From Eledone cirrhosa (lineage: Eukaryota): DNA of 64,000 bases. The position numbers and the translations under genes are program-made. Below, in pieces: positions 40,225 through 56,648 of this stretch. The notes beneath the pieces were generated by a model, which was not told the DNA's origin, did not search any database, and saw only the letters and a program-made list of their open reading frames with translations. The DNA lies in NCBI GenBank assembly GCA_964016885.1, contig OZ024743.1, positions 87,110,001 to 87,174,000 on the forward strand, written 5' to 3'. The first letter of the stretch is position 1. Each line of letters opens with the position of its first letter.

Positions 40225-40845
40225 TATCATAAATCATGTCTTTAGAATTATTAGATAAAATATATACCATTTCCTCTCCCAATCAGCATAATTAACCATA
40301 TAAAAAATCAATTAGACCAAGCTATAAGAATAAAGGCTCTTATGAAGAAATCTCCGACAAATAACCGAAAGTGGCCTCTTCGCGGTGGCCCCAATAGAGT
40401 ATTTATCCAACATTTCGACAGCATGTAGAAACTGACTAAATATACCATCAACCATACACAATTAGGTGTAAATTGAGTTTGTCTCCTGATGAATCCGAAC
40501 TCTGGGCATTTCCTATTAATTGGATGTCTAAAAATACGGATGAAACCATGGTAGAGATATAATTACAGTATGTACACATTTCTTCTAAGTCTGAATTTAC
40601 ACCTAATTGTGTATGGTTGATGGTATATTTAGTCAGTTTCTACATGCTGTCGAAATGTTGGATAAATACTCTATTGGGGCCACCGCGAAGAGGCCACTTT
40701 CGGTTATTTGTCGGAGATTTCTTCATAAGAGCCTTTATTCTTATAGCTTGGTCTAATTGATTTTTTATATGGTTAATTATGCTGATTGGGAGAGGAAATG
40801 GTATATATTTTGTCTAATAATTCTAAAGACATGATTTATGATATA
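40225..40845. mobile_element. Element with ~250-bp inverted arms around an HHR; diverged relative at 38720-38982
   Basis: Arms ~40225-40474 and ~40594-40845. Confidence 0.75.
40481..40558 (+). ncRNA. Type I hammerhead ribozyme with extended stem II
   Basis: Stem I GUCUC/GAGAU, CUGAUGA, stem II AUCCG...CGGAU with an inner hairpin, GAAA, palindromic CCAUGG, then UA. Confidence 0.8.
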
Positions 40846-40945
40846 TTGCTCTGATTATTTAATTTATTAATTCTTCATAGAGCCACAAAGTGACCGGTTG
40901 CAACATATATATCGATAACTTTATGTATATGTAAACCTTTATATT

Positions 40946-41746
<801 letters not shown>

Positions 41747-41766
41747 GTGTGTGTATGTTTACATAC

Positions 41767-41797
<31 letters not shown>

Positions 41798-42073
41798 AAC
41801 ACACTGATAGAATAAGAAATGCAAAGAGGAAGACAAGGATTAAGAGTGGAAGAGAGGAGGAGGTGGATGGCGGATGAGTAGGAGGAGAAGAAGGAAGGAG
41901 GGGTTGGATGGAGGATACACATGAGAAGTCATAATGACTGACAATGAATGAGATTAGAGTGTAATAAAGAAGGTGGTTGTTTGAAGATGTGGTGGTGGGG
42001 ATGGGGGAAATGTTATTTTTTTAAATACTACATTCTTTTTGGTCTTTGTTTTTATTTGACGTTTTCCTTTTAA

Positions 42074-42121
<48 letters not shown>

Positions 42122-42130
42122 TAGATATAG

Positions 42131-42164
<34 letters not shown>

Positions 42165-42429
42165 GGAAAAAAAGGAAATTTCATTTCTCACTCTTAGTAC
42201 GGCTGATACTTAAATGTAAGTATGTATGTATACGTACATACATATATCTATAAAGACGTACAGCAGTATGTATATACATACATACATGCACACACATATA
42301 TATATATGTACGTATGGGTTTACCGAATATTTGTTATAATGATCGGTTTGTTTGTAAACAAACAGCCGGAATTAAGCCATACAGTGTTCGGCAACCATCG
42401 TTGCCATTTTGTTCAACACTGGCAAAGGA

Positions 42430-42472
42430 ACGATGAACTAATTTCTAGCTTCTTAGCTGTCATCAGCACCGT
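42430..42472 (-). ncRNA. Minimal type I hammerhead ribozyme
   Basis: Stem I ACGGUG/CAUCGU, CUGAUGA, stem II AGCU/AGCU, GAAA-UUAG-UU. Confidence 0.65.
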
Positions 42473-43082
42473 ATACCTTCCTGCCAGATGATTGAACGTC
42501 TGAAAGTATATACTTTCCTTATGTATATTAACGGCTGAGCAGCCTAATTTGCATATCGAGTGAGTTAGTCGGCCGGGCGTACTGAAAACGATAGATGGAA
42601 AAATGAAATTTCATTTCTCACTCTTAGTACGGCTGATACTTAAATGTAAGTATGTATACGTACATACATATATGTATACAGACGTACAGCAGTATGTATA
42701 TACATACATACATGCACACATATATATATGTACGTATGGGGTTCATTTGTCAGTGTTGAACAAAATGGCAACGATGGTTGCCGAACACTGTACGGCTTAA
42801 TTCGGGCTGTTTGTTTACAAACAAACCGAGCATTATAACAAATGTTCGGTAAACCCATACGTACATATATATATATATGTGTGTGTGTGCATGTATGTAT
42901 GTATATACATACTGCTGTACGTCTGTATACATATATGTATGTACGTATACATACATACATACTTACATTTAAGTAAGTGCCGTACTAAGAGTGAGAAATG
43001 AAATTTCGTTTCATTCTATTCCGTTAATATGCATAAGGAAAGTATATACTTTCAGACGTTCAACCATCTGGCAGGAAGGTAT

Positions 43083-43124
43083 ACGATGCTGACGATAGCT
43101 AATAAGCTTGAAACTAGTAATCGT
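43083..43124 (+). ncRNA. Minimal type I hammerhead ribozyme
   Basis: ACGAU(G)-CUGACGA-uAGCU-aaua-AGCUu-GAAA-CUAG-UA-AUCGU. Confidence 0.65.
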
Positions 43125-43467
43125 TCCTGTGTCAGTGTTGAACAAAAAGGTGACGCGGTTGCCTAAACACTGTACGGCGTAATTCGAGCTGTTTGTTTAC
43201 AAACAAACAAACAGAGCATTATAATAAATGTTCGGTAAACCGATACGTGCATATATATATGTGTGCATGTATGTATTCATATATGTATGTACGTATACAT
43301 ACATACATTTAAGTAAGTGCCGTACTATGAGTGAGAAATGAAATTTCGTTTCATTCTATTCCATTTATATATAAATGTATATATACGTAAATGTATATAT
43401 ATGTAATTTGTTTAATGTCTTTCCGCCACTCCTCACACACCCTCGGAAATCTCTTCCTGCCCACTTT

Positions 43468-43500
43468 TCTCCTGATGAAGGGCTTATGCCCGAAACGTCC
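43468..43500 (+). ncRNA. Minimal HHR core in a ~160-bp (TA)n-flanked PLE-type tail; relative at 54697-54730
   Basis: CTGATGA-a-GGGC-ttat-GCCC-GAAA-CG-TC. Stem I is not evident. Confidence 0.55.
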
Positions 43501-43591
43501 CCGCCCCGCCCCCACTTTTTGGTTTTCCGTTTACTTTCGCAACTTTTAAAAAAAGATTTATATATATTTATATGTATGTATATATACATAC

Positions 43592-43646
<55 letters not shown>

Positions 43647-43823
43647 ATGTTCACGGACGCTCTATCTCAAAATTATTTTTGAAAAGAATTTAGAAATGCG
43701 CAACCGGTAAAACTTAAAACCAAAACTGAATACCAACCAATACAATTACTAATTCTCATTTATTCCTAATTAAACTATTTTTAACTGTGAACAATTTGTC
43801 AGCATTTTCTATTCCGTTTACCA

Positions 43824-43901
<78 letters not shown>

Positions 43902-43982
43902 TTGAGTATAATGGTAGCTATGGTGCTTCCATAGGCGGTATGCCAAAATTAGCACTCAATATTCAACAGAGTAGAGTGTGTA

Positions 43983-44669
43983 TAGTATACAAAAACGAAA
44001 AATCAGTGATGGATCTGGACTCAATTTATTGCGTGTTACAATTGTTTCGCCGGCAGGTAGCTCGAGACATGGTCCCTGTATGGATCTGGCTGATTCTACG
44101 GCTGCAGATTCCTTCAGACACGGGTAGTTCGTTCGGAGTAAATTTTATCACTGGGGTGTTATCATAAGAATAAACACCTTCAAAAAACCTCTTCCACTCT
44201 TGTCATGCCATTGGCTGTTGTTACTCCACGTCATCTTGAGTTCTGGTCACTATTTACTGCTACACGGGTCATCAGCCATTTTCCGTCCGACACACTTCAA
44301 TGGAGTCATGCTGGGTTCGGTATCTCACACGTCTGTTCACACCCCAGAGTATGTACCCACACATACATATACACACACACATATACACACACAGGCAGAC
44401 ACAGACACCTGCGTGCATACACATATGTACGCATACATGCGTAGACACCCACACACCCACACACACATATATATATACACACGCACACACTCTCCCTCTC
44501 TTCCACAGACCCAGGCACACCCACTTTTAGATACCAACCGCCACAAGCCTATTAGCGCCTGCTTAAGTCGTGCCATATATCCGGTCCGACAGGCACGACC
44601 CACGCAAACATACACATATACACACACATACGCGCGCACAACCTTATATACATATATCTACACACATAT

Positions 44670-44719
<50 letters not shown>

Positions 44720-47001
44720 ACACACATGCACACACATACATACAAAATACACATACGTACACAAAATTACATACACACACATATATGAATATATATATAT
44801 ATACAAAAACACTACATGCATACGCACACCCACAAATATACATACATATATATATGCAGACATATATACATCTACATATACATACGCACACGGATTGCCA
44901 CATGCGGACACCTGCACATATGCATATTTGCTTATACATATATAAACAAAACCGTAAATTAAAAATACATTATATAATAAAAAACACAATATACCATAAA
45001 ATAACGGTAAAATAACATAACATAAAATATCAATATAGTATACAATATAATATATATATCTATATATACATGCACATACATTCATACATACATATACGGA
45101 TATATGATAAAATAATTAAAATAATAGTAATAAAATGTATATATAATCCATATATAATCATCCGTACACATTCCTGTGAGATGCATATACGTACACATGC
45201 ACATATACACACCCCCATACACACCCACGTATATATATATATCTACATACACACCTACATACATATACCTACGCTCAGGTCTACACATAAAAACACACAT
45301 ATATAAACACAATAGGATAATAAAATAAAATAAATAAATTTACAATATTTTAGAATACGTTAAAATCTGTATGTAACTTCACAAATAGATACATAAAAAA
45401 GGGGTAAATAAAAACAGGGGGGGGGGGGGTAAAGGAGAAGGTGCGTGTATCCATGTGATATACTACACACAGGTAGTATGAGGTGCAAACTTGGGTCCGT
45501 ATATAGAACAAGTAACAATAACAGAACAATAATGACAGTAATAATCATTGTTCCAAAGTGGAACATGTGGAGAGTATATAGTCACGATTGACGGGGTACA
45601 CATTCAAGGAGACGCCCGGCCCGGGCGCCATGGGGCATGGCACCGCGGCTGGGGTGTGCTGTTCTATATGTTTGGGGTATCGGACCGGGCCACCGTGGGC
45701 CCCGTATTAGCCAGTCCCGGCCTAGGCGATGTATCTGCCCAATGTTGCGTGCTCGGTCAGGTGCGCCCCTTGTTTACATATGTTTGCCTCACGGGTCGCA
45801 CAATGTCATCGGGGCATAGCTTCAGGTCCCCTAATCCCGTTGGGCCGTTCGGGTCTGTGCGTACCCGTTCCCATGCCCCCGGCCTGCGCCACCCGGAGGA
45901 TTCCACGCTGCAAATGTGCATCTTCTCTGGTGTCTGCAGGTCATGATAATTTCAGACTTCAGGTTGACCGCGTCATCTTTCAGTCTGACTATCTCCATGG
46001 CCTCGTGTAGGCATAATCGGCACTTTCTACTACCAGCCGAATATGCCCTCGCATGGCGAATGATACTCCATTCCAGGGCGTACGGAGTGCCTTGGTCTTT
46101 CAGGTTCCACACTAGGTCCGCTAACCTAGTGGAGTGCCTTTTGCTACGGTCCCTGAAGGAATCGTGTGATTATACATCCGCGATTTAAAGGTCGTGGATG
46201 TTGCGCCGATGTAGGTGCGATGCTCGTTTTGGGTTGTAACCACACACTTGTATATCAGGTCCTTCATCAGGCATTTTCCCTGTAGGGGGCACTGGGTGCC
46301 CGCTCTGCAGTTACAGGTTCTGTTGTCAGTTATTACGCATCCGATGTATGTGTATATGTGTATGTTTGCGTGGGTCGTGCCTGTCGGACCGGATATATGG
46401 CACGACTTAAGCAGGCGCTAATAGGCTTGTGGCGGTTGGTATCTAGAAGTGGGTGTGCCTGGGTCTGTGAAAGAGAGGGAGAGTGTGTGCGTGTGTATAT
46501 ATATATATATGCGTGTGGGTGTGTGGGTGTCTACGCATGTATGCGTACATATGTGTATGCACGCAGGTGTCTGTGTCTGCCTGTGTGTGTATATGTGTGT
46601 GTGTATATGTGTGTGTGTATATGTATGTGTGGGTACATACTCTGGAGTGTGAACAGATGTGTGAGATACCGAACCCAGCATGACTCCATTGAAGTGTGTC
46701 GGACGGAAAATGGCTGATGACCCGTGTAGCAGTAAATAGTGACCAGAACTTAAGATGACGTGGAGTAACAACAGCCAATGGCATGACAAGAGTGGAAGAG
46801 GTTTTTTGAAGGTGTTTATTTTTATGATAACACCCCAGTGATAAAATTTGCTCCGAACGAACTACCCGTGTCTGAAGGAACCTGCAGCCGTAGAATCAGT
46901 CAGATCCATACAGGGACCATGTCTCGAGCTACCTGCCGGCGAAACAATTGTAACACGCAATAAATTGAGTCCAGATGTATCACTGATTTTTCGTTTTTGT
47001 A

Positions 47002-47006
<5 letters not shown>
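43983..47006 (-). mobile_element. 5'-truncated Naiad-type PLE (GIY-YIG plus long tail) with an inverted copy of its 3' end at 46345-47006
   Basis: Minus-strand CNCRAGTQCPLQGKC...YIGATSTTFKSR...WNLK...WSII...CRLCLHE...NLKSEIIMTCRH (~45920-46330). 43983-44640 is inverted at 46345-47006. Confidence 0.85.
46867..46957 (+). ncRNA. Variant hammerhead (CUGAAGG core, long stem II); mirror copy at 44032-44122 (-)
   Basis: Stem I CGUGU/ACACG and GAAA-CAAUUG-UA. Confidence 0.55.
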
Positions 47007-47038
<32 letters not shown>

Positions 47039-47082
47039 AACTAGCAACTACACAGCCAATCCTATTCTCCATATATTTCATA

Positions 47083-47363
47083 CTAGCAGAGGTACCCGGC
47101 GTTGCCCGGTATAACACTCAATGGAGTAGTCATTCAAATGAACCGAAATACTTCCGTTAAACACGACTCTAGAAGTAACAATTTATAGAGGCTTAAGGGG
47201 GCTACCTGCCCCTGGGGGCCCCTACAATCGATGTACGGAAAAATACGACGCGTAATAGAACTTCAGAAACCTATGTATGAAATTTGGTGCAAATTGGTTG
47301 TAAAATGTAGAAATGCATGCGGTTACACAAACAGACAGACATCTTCTGTTTTATATATATAGA
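47083..47363 (-). mobile_element. Non-autonomous Helitron
   Basis: Minus strand starts TCTATATATATAAAA, has a subterminal hairpin CCGG-gcaacg-CCGG, ends CTAG and sits between A and T. Confidence 0.75.
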
Positions 47364-47457
47364 TATATATATATGTGTGTGTGTATGTATGTATATCTAT
47401 ATCTATATGCATACACATATATAATGTTTATTATATATATATATATATATATATTAT

Positions 47458-47524
<67 letters not shown>

Positions 47525-47643
47525 GGATATATATACATATGTATTCATATTTATATATGTATGTATATAAATATTATATGTGTATGTTGTGTATGTACAT
47601 ATATATATATATACATATATAATATGTGTGTGTGGGGTTTGTG

Positions 47644-47742
<99 letters not shown>

Positions 47743-48040
47743 GTGTGCGTGTTGGCCACTGCCAAATAAAGCAATCTGAGTGACGAAGTAAAACGAAATG
47801 AGATTAGCAACCAACAAACATTGTACTTGTACATATGAAAATATGTTACGTGTACAAATCTCATAACATTATGGAGTGCATATATATATATATATATACA
47901 TACATACATATATTATGTATATATGTATGTATACAGTATATATTTATGTATGTGTATATATGTATACTTATATACATGCATGCAAAGTTGGCATGGATGA
48001 ACAACTGGAAGCAGAGGTGTGTAAACTGAATCTAATGAAC

Positions 48041-48078
<38 letters not shown>

Positions 48079-48269
48079 ACAACGTTTCTGTCGCTATATA
48101 ATCGAATCCAATCGATATTAGACCGAAATAGTTATAAAGTATACTTAATTAGATTGGACTCAGACCAAGGGAAACAATTTCTTTTTTTTCTTTTGTAATT
48201 GATTTCGTTAAAAAATCTGTTTTACATTTATTTTTATAATTTTAAAATTATCATTATGGAAAATAAGAG

Positions 48270-48530
48270 GATTATTATTGTTGTTGTTGTTTCTTCGCTC
48301 AGCTTCTAACGCTAGAGGCGTATTACAGTGTTAGATGTTCACTACCAGTGAACTGAGTTAACACACCTTATTTTTCGAGTACCCTCAATAGTATTCGATC
48401 TGCTCCAAGCATTGTCGTTTTCTGTAAGTGTTCTATCAGTATTGCAATTCCTATTTGTTCCATGTACTTCTCTAAGATATTTACTCACTGTTCCCAAGAC
48501 TCCAACAATTATTGGTATTAACACTACCCC
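48270..48530 (-). pseudogene. RLE (R4-like) retrotransposon 3' fragment with (CAA/TAA)n tail
   Basis: Translation VVLIPIIVGVLGTVSKYL, then frameshifted LQKTTMLGADRILLRVLE. Confidence 0.65.
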
Positions 48531-48539
48531 TTCTTGTGG

Positions 48540-50235
48540 AAGGGACGCGTTCCGATGGTCAGGCGGTCCATCTGCTGTCAACATCCTCTGCGTGGAGGAC
48601 TGGGGATGCCGTGGTTGATGATGTGCAGACTTGCGCTGAGGCTATGACATCTCCATCTTTTCCTTAACGGCCAATAAGTGTGGTCACCATTCACCAGAAG
48701 CATGTTCCCCCAGCTCGTATCCTTAATGGAGCTACAGTCCTGGGTCAAGCAGAGGCCGAGGGGTAGCGCTTGGAAACTGGAATGTCTTCAGGTGCTTACA
48801 GTCCTCCGCCAATCGGGCAATATGATCGGTGAAAACGTCACCTTGGCGTTCTATAGAGGGTTAGTGACGGGTGAAAGCGACGACATTTTGGGGAAAACTC
48901 TAGACATCGACGAAAATTAACTAGCTACTCTTTTGGGGAGGATTTTCAGTCCGGGACCCATGAATAATCTCCATAAATCCCTGGCCTGGCAGAGCTCCCG
49001 AGGAGCTTTGCAAGTTCGAGAAAAACTCTACAAGTATGGAAGTGGCCGAGCATTGCTGACTTGTAGGATTATGTCAAACACCTGCTGTCGCGTGTAGGAT
49101 AAATACGGTTATCAACCGAGTCCATTGTGAAGATTGTCCCGCCGCCTTCTTTTCGTCAAGAAAGGCAGGCTGTTTTTATCTGTCTTGTGGTCATGCATGA
49201 CGAAAGAGGTTGCATGGTGAACACACTCGAAAGGTTTGAAGACAAGCACTTTCCTGTTTGGCGAAGCCCTGATTAATTTCTTCTGGTTTCACTTGAAGAG
49301 GAAAATCAGGGCGGAGAGAGAAGTGCTGCCTTCGAAGCAATCTGTTCAAAGGTGGGTGAGAGAAGTGAGCATGGCCTAAGTGAACGGGTCCACTCTGAGT
49401 GTAAGCCTGTAGATTGAAGGAGTACAACTGGGACAGGGCACTTGCTCTAAAGATCAGAGCATCCGTAGTTTCATCCACGAGTGACCCACGAATGTCTATT
49501 GAGGAACCTTCTTTGTTTTAATTTTATTATCGTCCTTTTTTAACATTGTTAAAATTTGTTTACACGCAAAACCCACACAATAACACACACTATGTTTTCG
49601 TACAGTGCTGTCATAATGGTTTTCTTGAAGTGGACTCTTTGTGGAGGAAAATGAGGGTGGAGAGGGAAGTGCTGCCTTCCAACCAGTTTGTTGTAAGGTG
49701 GGTGAGAGTGGCGAGTATGGTCCGTGTGAATGAGAATCACTTGAGCTAGTAGTGGGCACTTTACCCTAGCGGACAGGGTGACCGTGGCTTTTGTGGGATT
49801 TCTACATGAGTGACCCTTAGAGTCTTCTCACCTTTGGGGAATTTGTTATGTTTATTTTCTTAGTTTCACTTGGAAAGGAAAGTGAGGGTGGAAAGCGAAC
49901 TGCTGCCCCCCCCCCTCCCAGTACATTTGTTATCAGGTGAATGAATGTGGAGAAGAAGATGGCCCGTGTAAATGGGGATACTCTGAGCATACACCTGTAG
50001 GCTGGCTGATTTAGAAAGGAGAGGAACACCCTCCTAGGGTGCTCTTCGAGCGTCGGGTGGTTTAAGATTTCTGGGGTTCCTAAGTCACCCCTGTGTGGTC
50101 CTCCCCATCATTGGGGAATTTTCATTGTTGTAATTCTTTATTTCATTGTATTTTGTTTGTTAATTTCTTTCTACTTGATTTCAGTGTATCCCCCCCCCCC
50201 GTCCCTGTCTATTGTGTTGCTCCTTTTTGTTGACC
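48540..50235 (+). pseudogene. Degraded Tx1/L1-like ORF2 3' part with a triplicated end and AATAAA/A-rich tail
   Basis: GGLGMPWL..RLALR at ~48594 and a Cys-rich remnant at ~49080-49140. Three related ~200-bp blocks in 49290-50030. Confidence 0.5.
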
Positions 50236-50274
50236 CTTGTGGCAAATAAAAATAAATAGTATTATTATTTTGTC

Positions 50275-50480
50275 AGTATCAGTTGGGCGTTGGACAACAT
50301 GCTTTGCGGCACAGAGCTACGTCTCTTTACATTCTGAGTTTAAATCCCGCCGAGGTTAGTTTTACCTTTCATCCTTACGACGTCGATAAAGTACCAGTCA
50401 CCCACTGGGGTCGATTTAATTGACTTTCCCCTCCCCCCAAAATTGCTGGCCTTGTGCCTAAATCAGAAACCATTATTATT
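50275..50480 (+). mobile_element. tRNA-derived SINE
   Basis: Matches the family, with ATT tail. Confidence 0.75.
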
Positions 50481-51814
50481 GTTATTAACTTCTGAATTAT
50501 ATCCTTGCTCGGACATTTTTGTTATTGATTCTCAAAGACTTTGTCCGTCTGGAGCCTTGTTATTGTTAAATCCAGGAGGTGTCCTACTTTGTATAGCGAA
50601 GAAGGCAGTCCATATTTGGAGCCCTTGAACTATCTTGTTTGAGGTTTTGCTTCAAATATGCAACATTACATATGATCTCACTTTCTCTCCCCAACAAAAA
50701 TACCCCTCCCACTGCCGTCACCGCCACAGCATCGGCGGTAACAACAACAACAACAACAACAATAACAGCAATACATGTGAACTAAACATGTGGAAACAAC
50801 AAAAGCAACGACACAAAAGAAATGAAATGATATCCACCGCCTTCACTCTCTCTGTCACCCCTTGAACAAAACGATGGTGATGGCCATCTATAAAACATAG
50901 CGTAATGAGGCCTGCAAACGAATCAAAATTATTAGTACTAGCACCCTTCGGGTGGTTTTCTGCTAGCATGTGTAGAGTGCATATTGATGTTATCCACAAA
51001 TATATATACAGTATATATACATATAGATATGGTACATCAAATGAAATCGTAATTGACAATATGCACAGAAATTGAAGAGAGTCTATGTTACATTCTCTTC
51101 TGTAATCAGTAACGTAATCCATGATGCATTAAAAAAGACGATATTATATATAAACTGCATTGGGAGAAAATTAGCGACGGAAATATATGAATGTTTATAT
51201 AAGCGATCTTATAAATGTTATAATATAACTGGCGCTAACCGGAAGTGTTGACATCTGAAAATTTTAAAGAAGTGAATCTTAAAATAAGCAATAAAATTAT
51301 TTATATTTAATCAAGAGTTACGAAATTTAGTACATAAATTATGTAATATTTATTCATTATTCATTCAACGTAATCCAACTTATTTTATAAATGGGATAAA
51401 AAATATATATATTCTGGACGCAGTCCCGCGCTCCTCCCTTTATTATAGTTAAGATTCGATATAAAACTCACGAATGCTTTGAGGTGATAACATTAATGAT
51501 AGTAAAGCACAACCAACATCACAATTTCAATAGGTAAAAAAATGTTGTTACCAACGAGGAAAGCTCCGACCTGTCAAAAATGTTTTAGAATATCTTTATT
51601 TTGTATTCATCGAACTCAAATATAAAACAAAAAGACGGCGACGAACACATGTTCTAAAACATCCTCTGCTAACGATATTGTCTTACTGTCTCCTTAGCTT
51701 GTTATCTATTTGTGTGTGTGTGAACTCTCATATCTGAAGAAGTGTCCATCCGATCACATGATCAAACCCGAACTGATCGATATGGAAACAAATTATAATA
51801 TGAAATAAAGTTTA

Positions 51815-54160
<2,346 letters not shown>

Positions 54161-54164
54161 TGTG

Positions 54165-54274
54165 TGCAAAAAGTAAACGAAAACAACAAACCAAACAACA
54201 TAGTAAATTGAAAAATACGTTAGTATAACGCTTGAAACAGCAGGAAAAGAGTCTTAACGTTTCGGGCACCAGCT

Positions 54275-54277
<3 letters not shown>
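54165..54277 (-). repeat. Inverted copy of the PLE 3' end (53932-54043) across a (TA)/(TG) tract
   Basis: Near-exact reverse complement. Confidence 0.8.
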
Positions 54278-54331
<54 letters not shown>

Positions 54332-54816
54332 CCCCATCTACACACGCACACACACACTGACCTACACCCCACCCCACACACACCTCTTCCTGAACATGCA
54401 ACCCCGGTCTTCCCCCAACTCTTACTTTCACATACACACACACATACACACACGTACACCTACCTTCAGCCCTCCCCGCTCGGACACCCCGCCTCCCTCT
54501 CTCCACTCCACCCGCCACCACCTCTACACGCCCCACACCCTTCCACCACCTGTTTTACTTCATGTTTATTTTTATTTTTATTATGCTTTTATATTTAATT
54601 TCATTTGTACCGTTTCCTCTCACCCCCTTTTTTTCTTTCTATATGTCTCTCCAACACTCCCCTACACACCCTTGGAACTCTCTTCCCACACACTTTTCAC
54701 CTGAAGAAAGGCTTATGCCCGAAACGTCGTTCCCCACCACCACCCCACTCTCAAGAGCGTGAAACTAATAAACCTTTGTTCGTACTGTCTCTCTGTTTTG
54801 TTCCCGTTCAATTTTT

Positions 54817-54865
<49 letters not shown>

Positions 54866-54869
<4 letters not shown>

Positions 54870-55295
54870 ATCAAAAGATGGTTAAAGGAGTTCCATGTAT
54901 TTTATTATGCGCATTTCAAAAACAAACATCATCATGCAATAATATTTGTGTTTTCATCAGATAAAACAAGAGAACATGATATGAAGGCTAAAAAAACACT
55001 TGTGGATAGTGCAGTTTTAAATCAACATATCATATGATATGTTGATTTAAAACTGCACTATCCACAAGTGTTTTTTTAGCCTTCATATCATGTTCTCTTG
55101 TTTTATCTGATGAAAACACAAATATTATTGCATGATGATGTTTGTTTTTGAAATGCGCATAATAAAATACATGGAACTCCTTTAACCATCTTTTGATCTT
55201 ATATATTATGTATACTCCAGTCCTACAAACTGTAGAGTGCTTCTTATCCGATATCTGCATTGCTTTATTGTACTACAATAAAACTCACCTCCTAC
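54866..55295. mobile_element. (TA)n-flanked palindrome (arms ~168 bp, centre ~55033) with an HHR in each arm
   Basis: 54866-55033 is the reverse complement of 55034-55202. Confidence 0.8.
55100..55168 (+). ncRNA. Type I hammerhead ribozyme; mirror copy at ~54899-54967 (-)
   Basis: Stem I UUUUAU/AUAAAA, CUGAUGA, long AU/GU stem II, GAAA, palindromic UGCGCA, then UA. Confidence 0.8.
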
Positions 55296-55496
55296 ATATA
55301 TATATATATATATATATATTTCCCTGAGAATTACTTCAAGTATACACGTATCTATGAAATTCTCAGCCACTTGCACTTGCACTATAATACAAGATGGTTT
55401 GTACCTTTAATTCGACGTGACATATGTGTCACGTCGAATCTCCCTGAGGACTGCGTTCAACCGAATATGGTAACCCACTTCCTTATGTAAAATAAC

Positions 55497-56105
55497 ATCT
55501 AATTCAGGCACAAGGCCAACAATTTGTGGGGAGGGGGAAATTGATTACATCGACTCCAGTACTTTAGTGGTACTTTATTGTATTGACCCTGAAAGAATGT
55601 AAAGGGATCTAACTTAATGCCGCCAAGCATTTCATCCAACGCTCTACCGAATCTGCCAACCCACCTCTTCCCAGCCCTAATAATGATTTCTAGTATAGAC
55701 ACAAGGGTCAGTAATTTGGGAGGAGGGGAAAGTCGATTAAATCGACCCCAGTACGTTACTGGTGCTTTATTTTATCAACCCCGTAAGGATGAAAGGCAGA
55801 GTTAAACTCGGCGGATTTGAACTCAGAACGTAAAGGGCCATAACTCTATGCTGCAAAGCATGGCGTCAGACCCGCTACCGATACTGCCAATCCACCGTCC
55901 TTAAGAATAATAATTATAATTGTTTCTACATTTGGCACAAGGCCAGCAATTACCCAGTGTATTACTGGTACTTTATTTTATCGACCCCGAAAGGATGAAA
56001 GGCAAAGTTAACCTCGGCGGGTTTTGAATTGAGAATGGCAAGAGCCGTAACTCTATGCTGCAGAGCATGGCGTCCGACCCTCTACCGATACTGCCAATCC
56101 ACCGC
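55497..56105 (-). mobile_element. Three head-to-tail tRNA-derived SINEs
   Basis: Copies at ~55497-55665, 55678-55900 and 55912-56105. Confidence 0.8.
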
Positions 56106-56361
56106 AATAATAATTATAATGGTAATGGAATAGTACATATGACTGTCTCGTAGTAAAATATTCTGTGATAACCATCTCACTGACAGACGAGAGCCTAACA
56201 TTTTGGTGTATGAGGCCGTTAGGGGGATCTTTTAATAATATACATTAGCGGAAGATTGCTGTCTAAAATATATTGTATGAGAGAGAGGTTTCTCTACTAA
56301 ATGTCATTAACTGATGAATATATGTGTGTGTGTGTGTGTGTCTGTGTGTGCGCGCGCTCGC

Positions 56362-56438
<77 letters not shown>

Positions 56439-56648
56439 TGGGGGGAGTATATGTATGTATGTGTATGTATGTGTATGTATGTGTATGTATGTGTATGTAT
56501 ATAAAATCTTACATCATACATCAATACATACGAGCACATATTCACATATCCATCCATATAAACAGCCATACACGCCCTTGCGCAGCACATACGTACATAC
56601 ATACACATATATATATATATATACATATGCATACACATATATACATAC

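Larger units (their letters stand above)
42175..43362. mobile_element. Older retrozyme-like partial tandem (unit ~430 bp left, ~340 bp right) with head-to-head inversion near 42745
   Basis: GAAATTTCATTTCTCACTC at 42175 and 42605, with inverted copies near 42990 and 43330. HHRs at 42430-42472 (-) and 43083-43124 (+). Confidence 0.7.

Noticed and set aside
46711-46790. Second HHR at CTGATGA (~46714)
   Set aside because: No correctly placed GAAA or stem II follows.
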